Assembly: GCA_016839815.1 (NCBI GenBank)
Contig: JAEOTM010000160.1
Location: 1 to 57,359 of the forward strand
DNA length: 57,359 nt
Source of the DNA: Candidatus Hodarchaeota archaeon
GTDB taxonomy: Archaea > Asgardarchaeota > Heimdallarchaeia > Hodarchaeales > Hodarchaeaceae
Reading direction: 5' to 3'
The notes below the pieces were generated by a model, which worked only from the letters and a program-made list of their open reading frames with translations, ran no database searches and was not told the origin of the DNA. Below are positions 19,711-29,805 of this stretch, piece by piece. A program made the position numbers and the translations under genes. Numbering within the stretch: the first letter of the stretch is position 1; each line of letters starts with the position of its first letter.

Positions 19711-20487
19711 TTAGGAGAAAAAATTGAATTCAATTGTTTTTTGTTCTGAGTCGGCCCACGAAGCTTTCTTCGATTTTACCATTAATTTCATTATAATAGC
19801 CAAATCTTTGGGAGGGAGGGATGACCACGATTGATTCATTTTAACCATATCGTATAATGTGATCATTTCAAATCCATTTTGAAAAGAATAATTGAAAATC
19901 TCTTCAGCAAAGGAGCTGAGTGTTTTCCAGTACACACGTAGACGTGTTTCATCACTATCCCACCAAGAGGCTTTTTCCTGTTCTATTAAATATTCTGAAA
20001 TCGTCTTTAATTGTGGGAGTGATAGTTTTTTATGCAATATTCCGTTTTGAAAAGGATAGACTAGACTAACTTCCTGTAGATCGAGAATATGCTGATTTAA
20101 CACTCGTGCAAAAGCGAGTATAAAATCTCCCCAAGTAATTAACCACTGTTGTTTCAATTCAGGATCTTCTGGAATCATCCATCGCCATGGTTTCGATACC
20201 CACCCAGGTAAGATCGGTTTTACATTCGGATGAACAGTACCAGGCTTCAACTCGGAGAGAGAAATCTTCTCTATGGATTTGGATAATGGTTTGTCGACAG
20301 TAGAGGATAGTTTAGGGACCTGTGATTGTGGTAAAGAACTAGTTAAAGGTTTTTCTTGGGTTTTTGGGATCTCTATTTTGGTTGGTTGTGATGTTTTCGC
20401 TGTTACTTCCTGAAGTACATCTTCGAGTACATCAATATTTGTTTTCTTTTTTTCGCCCTTTTCTTTCTTCCGTTGCATTTCTGCCAT
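19711..20487 (-). CDS. ESCRT-II subunit Vps25/EAP20-like (tandem winged helix)
   Basis: Aligns with human VPS25 (W-W...PED...KQQWL..W..IL.F.R...LDL.E, C-terminal ...IEFNFFS vs GVKFF). Lys-rich N-terminal extension. Confidence 0.65.
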   Translation of the reverse strand: MAEMQRKKEKGEKKKTNIDVLEDVLQEVTAKTSQPTKIEIPKTQEKPLTSSLPQSQVPKLSSTVDKPLSKSIEKISLSELKPGTVHPNVKPILPGWVSKPWRWMIPEDPELKQQWLITWGDFILAFARVLNQHILDLQEVSLVYPFQNGILHKKLSLPQLKTISEYLIEQEKASWWDSDETRLRVYWKTLSSFAEEIFNYSFQNGFEMITLYDMVKMNQSWSSLPPKDLAIIMKLMVKSKKASWADSEQKTIEFNFFS

Positions 20488-20529
20488 TAATTAGCAACTC
20501 AAAACTAGGTGAAAACAGATGAGTCCTTG

Positions 20530-21675
20530 TTACCCTCCGAATTTATCACACCACTCATCATATCGGGCTAGCTCACTTGGAGCAACTGAAGGACGAATAT
20601 GCATCATAGCATTATGAAAATCTGCAGCATTTGGGGCTCGTACTTGAACACTCATATCAGTGAGAGCTCCTTCTGCGTCCAGTTCCCTTATTGGCTGCAT
20701 TAGAGATTCACGACATAATAGAGCTATATCAGCGGCTGTATATCCTCCTGTTATTTCGGCTAAGGAGCTGAAATCTACATCTGCTCCCATTTTAATCCCT
20801 TTTGTGTGAATAGAAAACATTACCTCTCTCGCATCTCTTTCTGGTAGGGTAACATATACACGACGTTCAAAACGTCTACGCATTGCGGCATCAATATCCC
20901 AAGGTGTATTCGTTGCACCAACAGTAACAAGTAATTCGTCCCCTGTGGCAAAACCTTCTACAGCCTGCAGTAATTGAGTTTTTACCCTTCTCATGGCTTC
21001 CCCTTCTGAGCTTCCACCACGTGTTCCCGCGAGGGCATCGATTTCATCAAAGAAAATTATGGAGGGAGCTTCTTCAACCGCACGCTCATAAAGTTCATTG
21101 ACGAGTTTCTCTGACTCACCAAGCCATTTACTTATTAAATTCGCCGCACTTACTGAAAAGAAGGTTGAATCCACTTCAGAAGCAACGGCCTTACACAAGT
21201 AAGTCTTCCCACAACCAGGTGGACCATACATAAGGATACCCTTCCATGGACGACGAGCACCCTTAAATAAATCAGGACGAGACATGGGTAGAATAACTGC
21301 TTCTCTTAGTGCTCGTTTTGCTTCCTCCATCCCTGCAACATCTTCCCATTTAACATTAGGCTTTTCTCTGACAATAACACTAGAAATTGCATCGGAAATT
21401 TCATCGCTGGCTTGAGTTGTGGAAGAAGAGGAGGGAGTAGGGGATTCAGAAGGTTCAATGATGCCTCTAATTTCCTTCACTCGCAAGATGTACTCCATTG
21501 CCTTATGATAGTAGAGATTTTTCATATTTGGATCATCAGTAAAATTGATTAGTTTCTGTAATTGTTCAGCTGCAGAGACATAGTATTTTACTGCCTGCTG
21601 GGTTTGTCCGCTTTGATCCAGTTTGTATGCTAGGCTAGCATTCTTTTTAGCTGCTTCGAATAATGGAGAACCCAT
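20530..21675 (-). CDS. vps4: Vps4-like AAA+ ATPase (MIT domain + AAA)
   Basis: N-terminal MIT three-helix bundle, Walker A GPPGCGKT, Walker B IIFFDEIDAL, second region of homology. Confidence 0.9.
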   Translation of the reverse strand: MGSPLFEAAKKNASLAYKLDQSGQTQQAVKYYVSAAEQLQKLINFTDDPNMKNLYYHKAMEYILRVKEIRGIIEPSESPTPSSSSTTQASDEISDAISSVIVREKPNVKWEDVAGMEEAKRALREAVILPMSRPDLFKGARRPWKGILMYGPPGCGKTYLCKAVASEVDSTFFSVSAANLISKWLGESEKLVNELYERAVEEAPSIIFFDEIDALAGTRGGSSEGEAMRRVKTQLLQAVEGFATGDELLVTVGATNTPWDIDAAMRRRFERRVYVTLPERDAREVMFSIHTKGIKMGADVDFSSLAEITGGYTAADIALLCRESLMQPIRELDAEGALTDMSVQVRAPNAADFHNAMMHIRPSVAPSELARYDEWCDKFGG

Positions 21676-21728
21676 GATTTCATCACATATATTTACTTAC
21701 AGACGTCGGAGAAAAAGTATCCCAGACT

Positions 21729-22340
21729 CTAACTCTTTTTAATTTTTTCAAGTTCCTTCTGTAGTTCCTGGGATCGAATATCAGGAGAGGGAAGTCCAAA
21801 ATCAGCAGTTGCAGCTTTCGAGGCACTGATTTCTCCAAGGATTTTTTCTACTAATTCATCTTCTTCAACATCAGATGTCATCATTTCAAATCCTTCATCC
21901 ATTGCTTCTGTTGCTACATCTACACGTTCTGTTTCGATTTCCATCTGTTGTAAAACCCCTTCAAGCTGTGGAATTTTCAATTGAGCATTCATTTGATGTA
22001 ATGTACGGACAAGACCCTTCAAATCTTTACCAATCGCTTGCGTAGCAGCTGCCTGTTCAAGCTTGAATTTAATAGCTTTAACACGGCTTGCCATCTGTTG
22101 ACAAGCGCGGGCCATATTTCGGTTTTTAGCAACATCTTTGGCCAAAAGACGAGCCGTGGACATGTCACCATCTTCGATAGCTTTTTCGACCTCTTTTAAC
22201 ATGCTTCTTTCTTCTTTTTGCAGTTTCTTTCGTTGCCGAAGCATGCGTTTTTCAACCATACGAAGCCGAACAATCCACTTTCGGGTTGAACCTGATCCAC
22301 TTCCACCCTTTAACCATTGACCAAATTTATCAAAAACCAC
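21729..22340 (-). CDS. ESCRT-III (Snf7/CHMP family, Vps2/24-like)
   Basis: About 200-aa all-helical protein with basic N-terminal and acidic C-terminal halves and an MIM-like tail. Adjacent to Vps4. Confidence 0.8.
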   Translation of the reverse strand: MVFDKFGQWLKGGSGSGSTRKWIVRLRMVEKRMLRQRKKLQKEERSMLKEVEKAIEDGDMSTARLLAKDVAKNRNMARACQQMASRVKAIKFKLEQAAATQAIGKDLKGLVRTLHQMNAQLKIPQLEGVLQQMEIETERVDVATEAMDEGFEMMTSDVEEDELVEKILGEISASKAATADFGLPSPDIRSQELQKELEKIKKS

Positions 22341-22342
22341 GT

Positions 22343-23011
22343 TTATGACCTCAATCCTTCTTCAATTTGTTTTCGCATCTCGTCTAATTTCTTTTTGTCA
22401 GCCTCACGTTTTGTTCCGTCAGCAGGCTCTGAAATAGGAGAAGTAGGTGAAGTTGAGACGCTCGCATCACCAGTCGAAACGGTTCCTGTAGATAATTCAG
22501 CTTCTAATTCTGCCATCTGCATGGATATCCTATCATCAGCTTCCACATCCATTCCTATTTCTGTAATTGACGTATCGGTTAATGATTCTTCCATATCAGA
22601 CACCATTTCAATAGAATCTTCAAGGGCCATCATTACTTCTTCTGTCTTCTCAGGAGAGGCCGCCTCTATATTACCGTCAATTGCGGTCTGAGCTTGTGCA
22701 AGAGTTTCAGTCAGAGTAACGTTATCGGCTGAAATATCCAATGTTTCAATGGTTCTCTGTAAATTTGCAATTTTACTATGGGTGTTCGTTATCTGAGTCA
22801 GATATAGCTCACGTCGTTTTAATGCCTGATGAGCCCCAGGCTTGTTACCAGACTTTAGTAATTGCCGTGCTAACTCATACTGCTCATCAGATTGCCTTTG
22901 ATAATTTTTAACTTTAACTTCCATTTGATTAATGGTTCGTTTTAACTTAGCTTTTGTCTCAGTTGATGAAGATGGTTTTGATCCCGTTAAGAACCCTTTA
23001 AGTCGTTTCAA
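22343..23011 (-). CDS. ESCRT-III (Snf7/Vps20/32-like)
   Basis: Second Snf7-like coiled-coil protein with basic N-terminus and acidic C-terminus. Confidence 0.75.
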   Translation of the reverse strand: MKRLKGFLTGSKPSSSTETKAKLKRTINQMEVKVKNYQRQSDEQYELARQLLKSGNKPGAHQALKRRELYLTQITNTHSKIANLQRTIETLDISADNVTLTETLAQAQTAIDGNIEAASPEKTEEVMMALEDSIEMVSDMEESLTDTSITEIGMDVEADDRISMQMAELEAELSTGTVSTGDASVSTSPTSPISEPADGTKREADKKKLDEMRKQIEEGLRS

Positions 23012-23220
23012 TTGATTTTCAACTCTTATTTCGCTTATCTGAAATGAGTAATTTCTTTCAGTTAAATATCTTAAGCTAGGTAAACAGGGAGTTCTTCTTA
23101 AGACTTACCATAGAGCTCCTCTAAATGTTATTAGAATCTTTTCCAAAGAAAATAGAGAATAGATTCAAGTCCATTAATTTCTAAAATTAAAAAAAATAGA
23201 CCTCATCATATATCCAAAGG

Positions 23221-23943
23221 TTAACCTACCCCTGGAAATGAAATTACTACCCCGTCTAAGGTATTTGATTTAATCGCAATTTTTTTATCCGTCAAGACAT
23301 CTATGGAACGTTCTACTCGTTCTATAGTCCATGCTGTTTTTTGAACCAATTCTGTCATTGAAAGTTGCCCATTAGCTTGTGCGGCGATTTCTAGTATTCG
23401 TTGATGATCTTGTGTTAATTCCGGATCAGTAAACTCAATTATTTTCATTCCTGCAAGTGTACGTATTTGATGAAGGAGTCCATTCGAGCTTAATAACTTT
23501 AGTGCATTATTTGCATCTTCTATGGATACTACGATTCCTTTACTTTCATCATTAAGCTGTAAAATTAAATCTGAAACACTTAATATCCCTCCCGTTTTAT
23601 TCCGAGTCATTTTTCCTATTTCTAGAATTCTTAATCCCAAGTAGTTAACGTACTCATCTTTGCCCTTGAGTCTATCCTTAAATGACGTTTTACTGCCAAC
23701 ATCATAAATACCAATGGCAAGAGGAAGACCAAGCTCCTCACGTAGGGTCAAAACCTTCTGGGCTAGGTCGGGATTCTTTTTAATATCCGATTTATATTGT
23801 GCTTCGAGTTTCTGTAATTCTTTGTGCAGGTTCCGTATTCTCTTACTCATTTCATCTAGAGATTTCAGAGCCAGTTGACTTCCTTTCACTTTCATTGCTG
23901 CTTCTTGAGTAATTTTCTCTTCAATACGTCTAAGGCCCATCAT
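23221..23943 (-). CDS. ESCRT-II subunit Vps22/EAP30-like
   Basis: Aligns to SNF8/EAP30 (LGLPLAIG...LGLRILEIG..TRNKTGGILSVSDL vs IGVDPLAS...LGVQIIEVC..HRNGGLITLEEL). Tandem WH domains. Confidence 0.7.
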   Translation of the reverse strand: MMGLRRIEEKITQEAAMKVKGSQLALKSLDEMSKRIRNLHKELQKLEAQYKSDIKKNPDLAQKVLTLREELGLPLAIGIYDVGSKTSFKDRLKGKDEYVNYLGLRILEIGKMTRNKTGGILSVSDLILQLNDESKGIVVSIEDANNALKLLSSNGLLHQIRTLAGMKIIEFTDPELTQDHQRILEIAAQANGQLSMTELVQKTAWTIERVERSIDVLTDKKIAIKSNTLDGVVISFPGVG

Positions 23944-24283
23944 TCTACTCCTCGAAATGTGATTTCCACAGGCTTATTTTAACAAAGTATATGTTTATTT
24001 ATAATTTTTTACAAAACGATACAAGAAAATATAGTAGACGACTCTAGATTATATTTCAATATCATATTTTCCACGAAAGACTGAAAGAAGGTAAAACAAC
24101 GGATTCATAATATGGTTCAGTCTATGAGGATTTACACATACGATTTTAATTGTCTTAGGGGTGGTAAATAGAGATTAAAGTCTGAAATTATTCCCTATAC
24201 ATTGAATTAAATTCGTCATCTTACTGTAGTGTTATATTCACTTAAATATCAACATCCTGTATAAGCTAGGTAGGGAACGTGTA

Positions 24284-25627
24284 TTGATCGGTTCGTCTTC
24301 TTCTGACTCGACGGGTTACTGTTCTTTCTGTGGCGCTACTCTCGTTTCTTCAGAAGTTCACAAATGTCTTGATTGTCGTGCTACTTTCTGTCAAACCTGT
24401 GCAACCCGATCTCTTATGAATGGTTCCCGACTCAAGTGTTCCTGTGGATCACCCAATATTGAAGCGTTCGATCATAACAAGAACGGAAAGGCTGATCTCT
24501 TAGAAGAAATTTTTAACCTGAAACGTTCCCTTAAACATGTAGGCTATCGTCCAGTTATTTTACTAAAGAGAACTGGGCAATTAGAGACCCGATTACGCTC
24601 TTTTCGTAAACAATTCCTAGTTCCGGGAAATTTAGTCGATAAGATTTTTCTTGAAACAAAGAAAATTGAGAATTTTACTCTGAATGAATTTCAAGAATAC
24701 GCTTCAAAACTCCAAAGAATCTATCATAATATAGTTCGTCATCCAATATCAGAAAATTCATTTCGGAATTCGGCTTTACAAATCTCTCTTTTTCAAAAAC
24801 ATATAGAAAGTTTTGATCAAACCGTATTATCAAAACTTGAAAGTATTTCCAAGCTTATAGAGCAAGTAGAAAAGCAATGCGATTTGTTCGATGAAATGCG
24901 GAAGCGTTTAGCCCGGTGTATTGATATTTTCGTATTAATTCCCGGTGAACTGGGGATTGGATATTTTCCCAACTTGGATCTTCATAATGATAGCTTCAGA
25001 AAATCTATGATTGATTTAATAATAACTACGGATAGAATTGCTCTACTTCAAAGGAAGAGAATTAATTTTCTAAGCCATAAGACTATAATTTTTGATGAAT
25101 TTACGCCTAAAGCATTATTGGATGTACAAAAAAAGAATTCTGGATTTTTAAAAAGAGATAAACTATTGATTACGGCAATAAAAAGAGATTTTGTAATTCA
25201 ATCTGATTCTCCAACTCTACTTCGGATATTCAACTCATTAAAGCTTAGTTATTTAGGTCGTCCTAGTGACCTTTACATTAATGAACCCTTCCGTGACTGG
25301 TCTTCCGAGATTTATCAAGAAAAGCTTCTCTCAGCATTAAACTTCCAAAACCAAAAGAGTTCTTCCTCTTCCTCGCTCACTGCTAAGAAAAAAAGTCCCG
25401 AAAACCTTCCTGATTTTGTCAATGGGTTTTTAGAAGAAAGATTACGTGATTTAAGGATTCATGAGCTTGCTGCGAAAAGGGCTCTTCAGGAACTAAAGGA
25501 AGGCCGTAAAAAGGTAGCTGGCCGAGAGTACTTTGAACTCTTGAAACAATTCGAATTTGAACTGGCAAAGATTGCAGAGGAACGAACGGAATTACTGTTG
25601 AAGACAGGAAAAACTAATCTCTTATGA
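24284..25627 (+). CDS. zinc-finger/coiled-coil protein, unknown function
   Basis: N-terminal Cys cluster (CSFCG...CLDC...CQTC...CSCG), remainder helical. Sits inside the ESCRT cluster. Confidence 0.35.
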   Translation: MIGSSSSDSTGYCSFCGATLVSSEVHKCLDCRATFCQTCATRSLMNGSRLKCSCGSPNIEAFDHNKNGKADLLEEIFNLKRSLKHVGYRPVILLKRTGQLETRLRSFRKQFLVPGNLVDKIFLETKKIENFTLNEFQEYASKLQRIYHNIVRHPISENSFRNSALQISLFQKHIESFDQTVLSKLESISKLIEQVEKQCDLFDEMRKRLARCIDIFVLIPGELGIGYFPNLDLHNDSFRKSMIDLIITTDRIALLQRKRINFLSHKTIIFDEFTPKALLDVQKKNSGFLKRDKLLITAIKRDFVIQSDSPTLLRIFNSLKLSYLGRPSDLYINEPFRDWSSEIYQEKLLSALNFQNQKSSSSSSLTAKKKSPENLPDFVNGFLEERLRDLRIHELAAKRALQELKEGRKKVAGREYFELLKQFEFELAKIAEERTELLLKTGKTNLL

Positions 25628-25634
25628 TCTATTC

Positions 25635-26255
25635 CTATAAGTTCTTTAATTCTCTTCTAAAGTCAGAAAGCCAACGGGAAGCTTGAAGCTCTAATTTTTT
25701 CAGTTCATCGGATTTTAATAATTGTCCTGGTTTTTGTTTATCCATCCAGCTTATCCACTGATTTATATCCTGAGTAACCCAGTGGTTATTCCCATACATT
25801 GGCGCTCTAACTAAAATATCATGAATTTCATCCAAGTAAGGTAATACTCGATCAACAGTGGCTATTGATTCTAGATGGAGAAGATCAAGAAGTTCAATGG
25901 CATTAGCAACAAATTCTGCAGCTATAGTGGGGAGCTTTTTTATGTGTGAATAATCAATTTGATTGTAGGCATTATCATCCGAGCCCTCGGTCAATTTTAG
26001 TTTAGCAAGGCCAGATGGAAATAGCTCAGCAATTCCTTCTTCTTCGATAAATTGATCAACATCAAAATTATACTGATCTAATTGCGCGCGTGTCTCAATT
26101 ATACTAGTTAGAAGGGTTCTATGTTGTTTATGATATGTACTCGAATCAATTTCCCCGCGATCATATGTTCGCGAAATTAAATCAAGTGTACCAATATTCG
26201 CAAATAATCGGGCTTCTAGATCCCATCTGTGTGATAAGTTCTGGGGGAATGACAT
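25635..26255 (-). CDS. ESCRT-I subunit Vps28-like
   Basis: N-terminal L..IGTLDLISRTYDRGEI...Y resembles the Vps28 core. C-terminal QWISWMDK...SDELKKLELQASRWLSDF resembles the Vps28 C-domain (W..L......L.E.Q...L.DL..AY..F). Confidence 0.55.
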   Translation of the reverse strand: MSFPQNLSHRWDLEARLFANIGTLDLISRTYDRGEIDSSTYHKQHRTLLTSIIETRAQLDQYNFDVDQFIEEEGIAELFPSGLAKLKLTEGSDDNAYNQIDYSHIKKLPTIAAEFVANAIELLDLLHLESIATVDRVLPYLDEIHDILVRAPMYGNNHWVTQDINQWISWMDKQKPGQLLKSDELKKLELQASRWLSDFRRELKNL

Positions 26256-26264
26256 TGTTTTAAC

Positions 26265-27008
26265 CTAACTCAAATATTGAAGCTGTTTACGGAGTAAATA
26301 CAACTCTTTGGTGTATTTCTTGTAGAGACGTGAATATTCAAAGATTGAAATCTCACCTGCAGCATACCTGTCTTCAAGAGAGGACAAGAGATCGGAAATT
26401 GCTATTCGTTCAGATTCTAATTCCTCTTGATCTGTTACCTTCATTTTCACTGATCTCGACGATTCCTCAGTTTTCATCATAGATCGGGCTCTAAATCTTG
26501 CCAATTCTTCATCCTTTGCAGTTAACCTAGCATTCAATGAAGATAATTCTGTTCGTAATGCTTTTGTTTCTACAGTTGATCTAGAACCTGGTTTTTCAGA
26601 AGTTGGTTCAGTTAATCTTACCATTGTATCACGTACAGATCTAGCGGTCTCACCACGGGGAGCTGGTGGTACTCGTGACATGAGGTTCTTTAATGCAATT
26701 ATTACCTGATATAGATGAAATTCCGCTCTCCAATTATCCAATATTCTTAATTGAATAAAACCATCTTTATCAATATTAGGATGATCCATCCACCCAATTG
26801 CTGTTACAACAGGAGGTACATTTGGAAAATATTCTGGAAGGAAAAGTTCAAATGTGAACATATTCCTTCCCCTATTTGTTGTATATGTTAATGTTCCTTG
26901 CCAACGAGCAAGAGATTCTCCTACTGGATTAAATCCTGATGCAGCATTATTTGAATATGTTAATTGGGCCTCTCTCGCTAATATAAAGTCTCTATCCATT
27001 AATTTCAC
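26265..27008 (-). CDS. ESCRT-I Vps23/Tsg101-like UEV-domain protein
   Basis: UBC-fold HPNIDKDGFIQLRIL with Gln in place of the catalytic Cys (E2 variant), followed by a coiled-coil stalk and C-terminal box. Confidence 0.6.
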   Translation of the reverse strand: MKLMDRDFILAREAQLTYSNNAASGFNPVGESLARWQGTLTYTTNRGRNMFTFELFLPEYFPNVPPVVTAIGWMDHPNIDKDGFIQLRILDNWRAEFHLYQVIIALKNLMSRVPPAPRGETARSVRDTMVRLTEPTSEKPGSRSTVETKALRTELSSLNARLTAKDEELARFRARSMMKTEESSRSVKMKVTDQEELESERIAISDLLSSLEDRYAAGEISIFEYSRLYKKYTKELYLLRKQLQYLS

Positions 27009-27200
27009 CTAAAACTATGGAAATAGGGAGGAAGATTACTTTTCTTCAAGAACACTCCGCTATTGTTTTTTCTCTTAGTCAGGGTAACATTACTTAGAAT
27101 GCTTAAAAAATCCTCACAATTAGGAAGAGAAAAAGCCCTTACTTAAGAGTAAATTCCAATCAATAACGTAATCTCTTATAATGAGCTTAATCAGTACTTA

Positions 27201-28433
27201 TTATTTATTTACTGATTCAAAAAAGTCTAATATGGCTTCTCCTAATAACTCAAATGCCAAATTAATGTTTAAACCTGTTTTAGCACTCGTAGGAAGATAA
27301 TGGATATCAAACCCTCTATATTCCTTTGCTACATGAGAAAGAGTTTGAGCAAATTTTCTCGCTTTTGCATCAGAAACACCAATAATACCCTCATCACGTA
27401 AATCTGCTTTGTTTCCGAGAATAATGATAGGTACTGGTCCTCTACCATTAAGCTTCCAGAATTCGTTCATCCATCCAACTATATTTTGAAAACTCTCTAC
27501 ACGAGTAGTATCAAACACAACGATAGCACCCATGGCGGACATATAATAGGCTTTTCGAACTCCTTCAAATCGAGGTTGCCCAGCAAGATCCCATATTAAA
27601 TATTTAACTTGTCTTCCACCAGAATAGAGAACTGGGGATTCTTTACTAGCTAGATCCGCTCCGATAGTCATCTGATAATCATTTCTAAATCCTTCTCCCA
27701 GATATTGCCTTCTAATTGATGTTTTTCCAACTGCTCCATCACCAATCAGAATAATTTTTAATGTGTGATGCTCTTGTACAAAAGAAGCCTGAAACGCTGA
27801 AATTTGATTGAGTACCTCTTGTCTGAATTCAGAGCTATTTCGTAATGAATCTTCAGAGTATTTCTCCATAATTGATACGATTTGTATCGTAAGAGGTTCA
27901 ACTCTGTCTCGTGTAATTTGCTTAGTAGTCACAATTGCAAAAATATATTTTTCAGCAATGACAAAAAAATGAATTGTCTGAGATTCAAGCGATAATTCTT
28001 CAATAAGTTCCCCAAGTTTATGACGAACATAGTTCTTCATTGCATTTAAGATAAAACTTACTGATGTTTGACAACTGGCTTTATCTGAAAGGCAAATTTC
28101 AAACAATGGTAAACCAGAGTCTCTAAAGCAATTCACCATTACAATTTCTTCAGTCTTTTCAGAGTGAAATAATCCAAATTGCTCTAGTTTCTTCTTTTCT
28201 TCCTCCTCTGTCGGTAGAGAATGGGAATACACATCTTCTAGAATGTGAAGAAAATCACCACCGTCAGTTAAAGCATCTTCCAGATCCACTTGTACCTTTA
28301 AATAGAATTCTTCCATTTCCATGGCAGCAATATCTGATTCTATTTGTTTTTCAAGCATGGTAGTGTAATCTGGGCTATCAGGAGGTGAAGATTTCTTATC
28401 ATCTTCATCCGACATAATATACCTCCATTTCAA
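27201..28433 (-). CDS. Ras/Rab-like small GTPase with N-terminal roadblock/longin-like extension
   Basis: C-terminal G1 GDGAVGKTS, G3 WDLAGQ, G4 GNKADL. N-terminal ~200 aa alpha/beta region with a roadblock-like pattern. Confidence 0.8.
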   Translation of the reverse strand: MKWRYIMSDEDDKKSSPPDSPDYTTMLEKQIESDIAAMEMEEFYLKVQVDLEDALTDGGDFLHILEDVYSHSLPTEEEEKKKLEQFGLFHSEKTEEIVMVNCFRDSGLPLFEICLSDKASCQTSVSFILNAMKNYVRHKLGELIEELSLESQTIHFFVIAEKYIFAIVTTKQITRDRVEPLTIQIVSIMEKYSEDSLRNSSEFRQEVLNQISAFQASFVQEHHTLKIILIGDGAVGKTSIRRQYLGEGFRNDYQMTIGADLASKESPVLYSGGRQVKYLIWDLAGQPRFEGVRKAYYMSAMGAIVVFDTTRVESFQNIVGWMNEFWKLNGRGPVPIIILGNKADLRDEGIIGVSDAKARKFAQTLSHVAKEYRGFDIHYLPTSAKTGLNINLAFELLGEAILDFFESVNK

Positions 28434-28615
28434 TTTGGGGTTAACTCTAATAACGCCTCTTTTCCTTAAATAGGGTACTATATTCCTATTGAGATGAGCG
28501 TGAATTTTATAAGGAAAACGGTCTTGTGGTCTCTACAAAGAAATAAGTTGCGCATATATCAGAATTCGGGGAAGATAGAGTAATCGTTACGCTTTGTTAA
28601 ATGTACATTCCACGT

Positions 28616-29620
28616 TTACTCAAATTTGGAGAACAACCAAGGTATTAAATAAGCGAGACAAAAAGCAATTACAAAATACGATAAAAAATTGGTTGCTTGA
28701 GTTATCCATAAGAGATCAGACTGAAATTCCAGAACCAAATCCTCTATCCACTTTGCAGTAAAATATAAAATTGATATTGAAACAATACCAATAACAATGC
28801 GAACTGATAAGGATTTCTTATCAATATTTTCTGTAGAAAAGTTCACATATTTTAATTCAAACACTCGACCAACTACAATACCCGCAAATAATCCAGGATA
28901 TGTCCCAATATCTGCTTCAACCCAAACAACTGGATCAGATATTGAAATAGCTTCATTAAATGGGAATAAGCTTCCAATAATAAAGGCTATAACTCCTAGA
29001 AAGAATAGAAACAAACTAAATCCGAGTCCATACAGAATTTTCTCAGAATCAGTCCACTTCTTTGCTCTCATTTCTAACCATGGTTCGACTCGAATAAACA
29101 TCCAAGACAAAAATAGTCCGAATAAGACTCCTACTAGGATATCACCAGGCCAATGCACACCTAAGTACGACCTACTAAGGGGAATCGATATCAGAAGTAC
29201 TATACCTAAAACAAATAAGGGTAGATATTTAATTTTTTTTAGAATATAACCCCAGATTGCACCTTGAGTTTGTGAATGTCCCGAAGGGAAAGAATATCCA
29301 GCTGCGCCCCAAATTGTTTCTTGGTTTAACACATTAGTAGTTACCTGAAATTTTTCAGCGTTGTGTACGAATGGACGAGGATTATGAAAAAAGATTTTTG
29401 CTACATAGTTTAAATGAGCCGAGAAAACAAGTAAATAGATCAAATTTGTCATAAATTCTCTATCTAAAGTATAGTAAAGTAGTACAAGGATTATCAGAAT
29501 TGGAAGTGTGTTACCAAAAGTTGTTACTACTCCGAAGTATATATCTAGTAATATATTGGAAGTACTTTGTATTAAATCTAAGATAGTTTCCCCCAACGGG
29601 CCTAACAGTAGATCGGACAC
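28616..29620 (-). CDS. PAP2-family membrane phosphatase
   Basis: KIFFHNPRPF (KxxxxxxRP), FPSGHSQ (PSGH), SRSYLGVHWPGD (SRxxxxxHxxxD), multiple TM helices. Confidence 0.75.
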   Translation of the reverse strand: MSDLLLGPLGETILDLIQSTSNILLDIYFGVVTTFGNTLPILIILVLLYYTLDREFMTNLIYLLVFSAHLNYVAKIFFHNPRPFVHNAEKFQVTTNVLNQETIWGAAGYSFPSGHSQTQGAIWGYILKKIKYLPLFVLGIVLLISIPLSRSYLGVHWPGDILVGVLFGLFLSWMFIRVEPWLEMRAKKWTDSEKILYGLGFSLFLFFLGVIAFIIGSLFPFNEAISISDPVVWVEADIGTYPGLFAGIVVGRVFELKYVNFSTENIDKKSLSVRIVIGIVSISILYFTAKWIEDLVLEFQSDLLWITQATNFLSYFVIAFCLAYLIPWLFSKFE

Positions 29621-29805
29621 TTCTTAACACCAGTTTCCATAAAGCGCGAAAGATTACATTTAAACTTTCTTCTGAAATACTAGAAGAAATGGATAAGTTA
29701 TCCTACCTAGTATAAGTAAGATATGAAAATGATTATCAATAAGTGAATTTGATAAATCATTATTAAGGAATTAGTGGATTACCCATCCTTTTGATGTGAT
29801 CTCTC

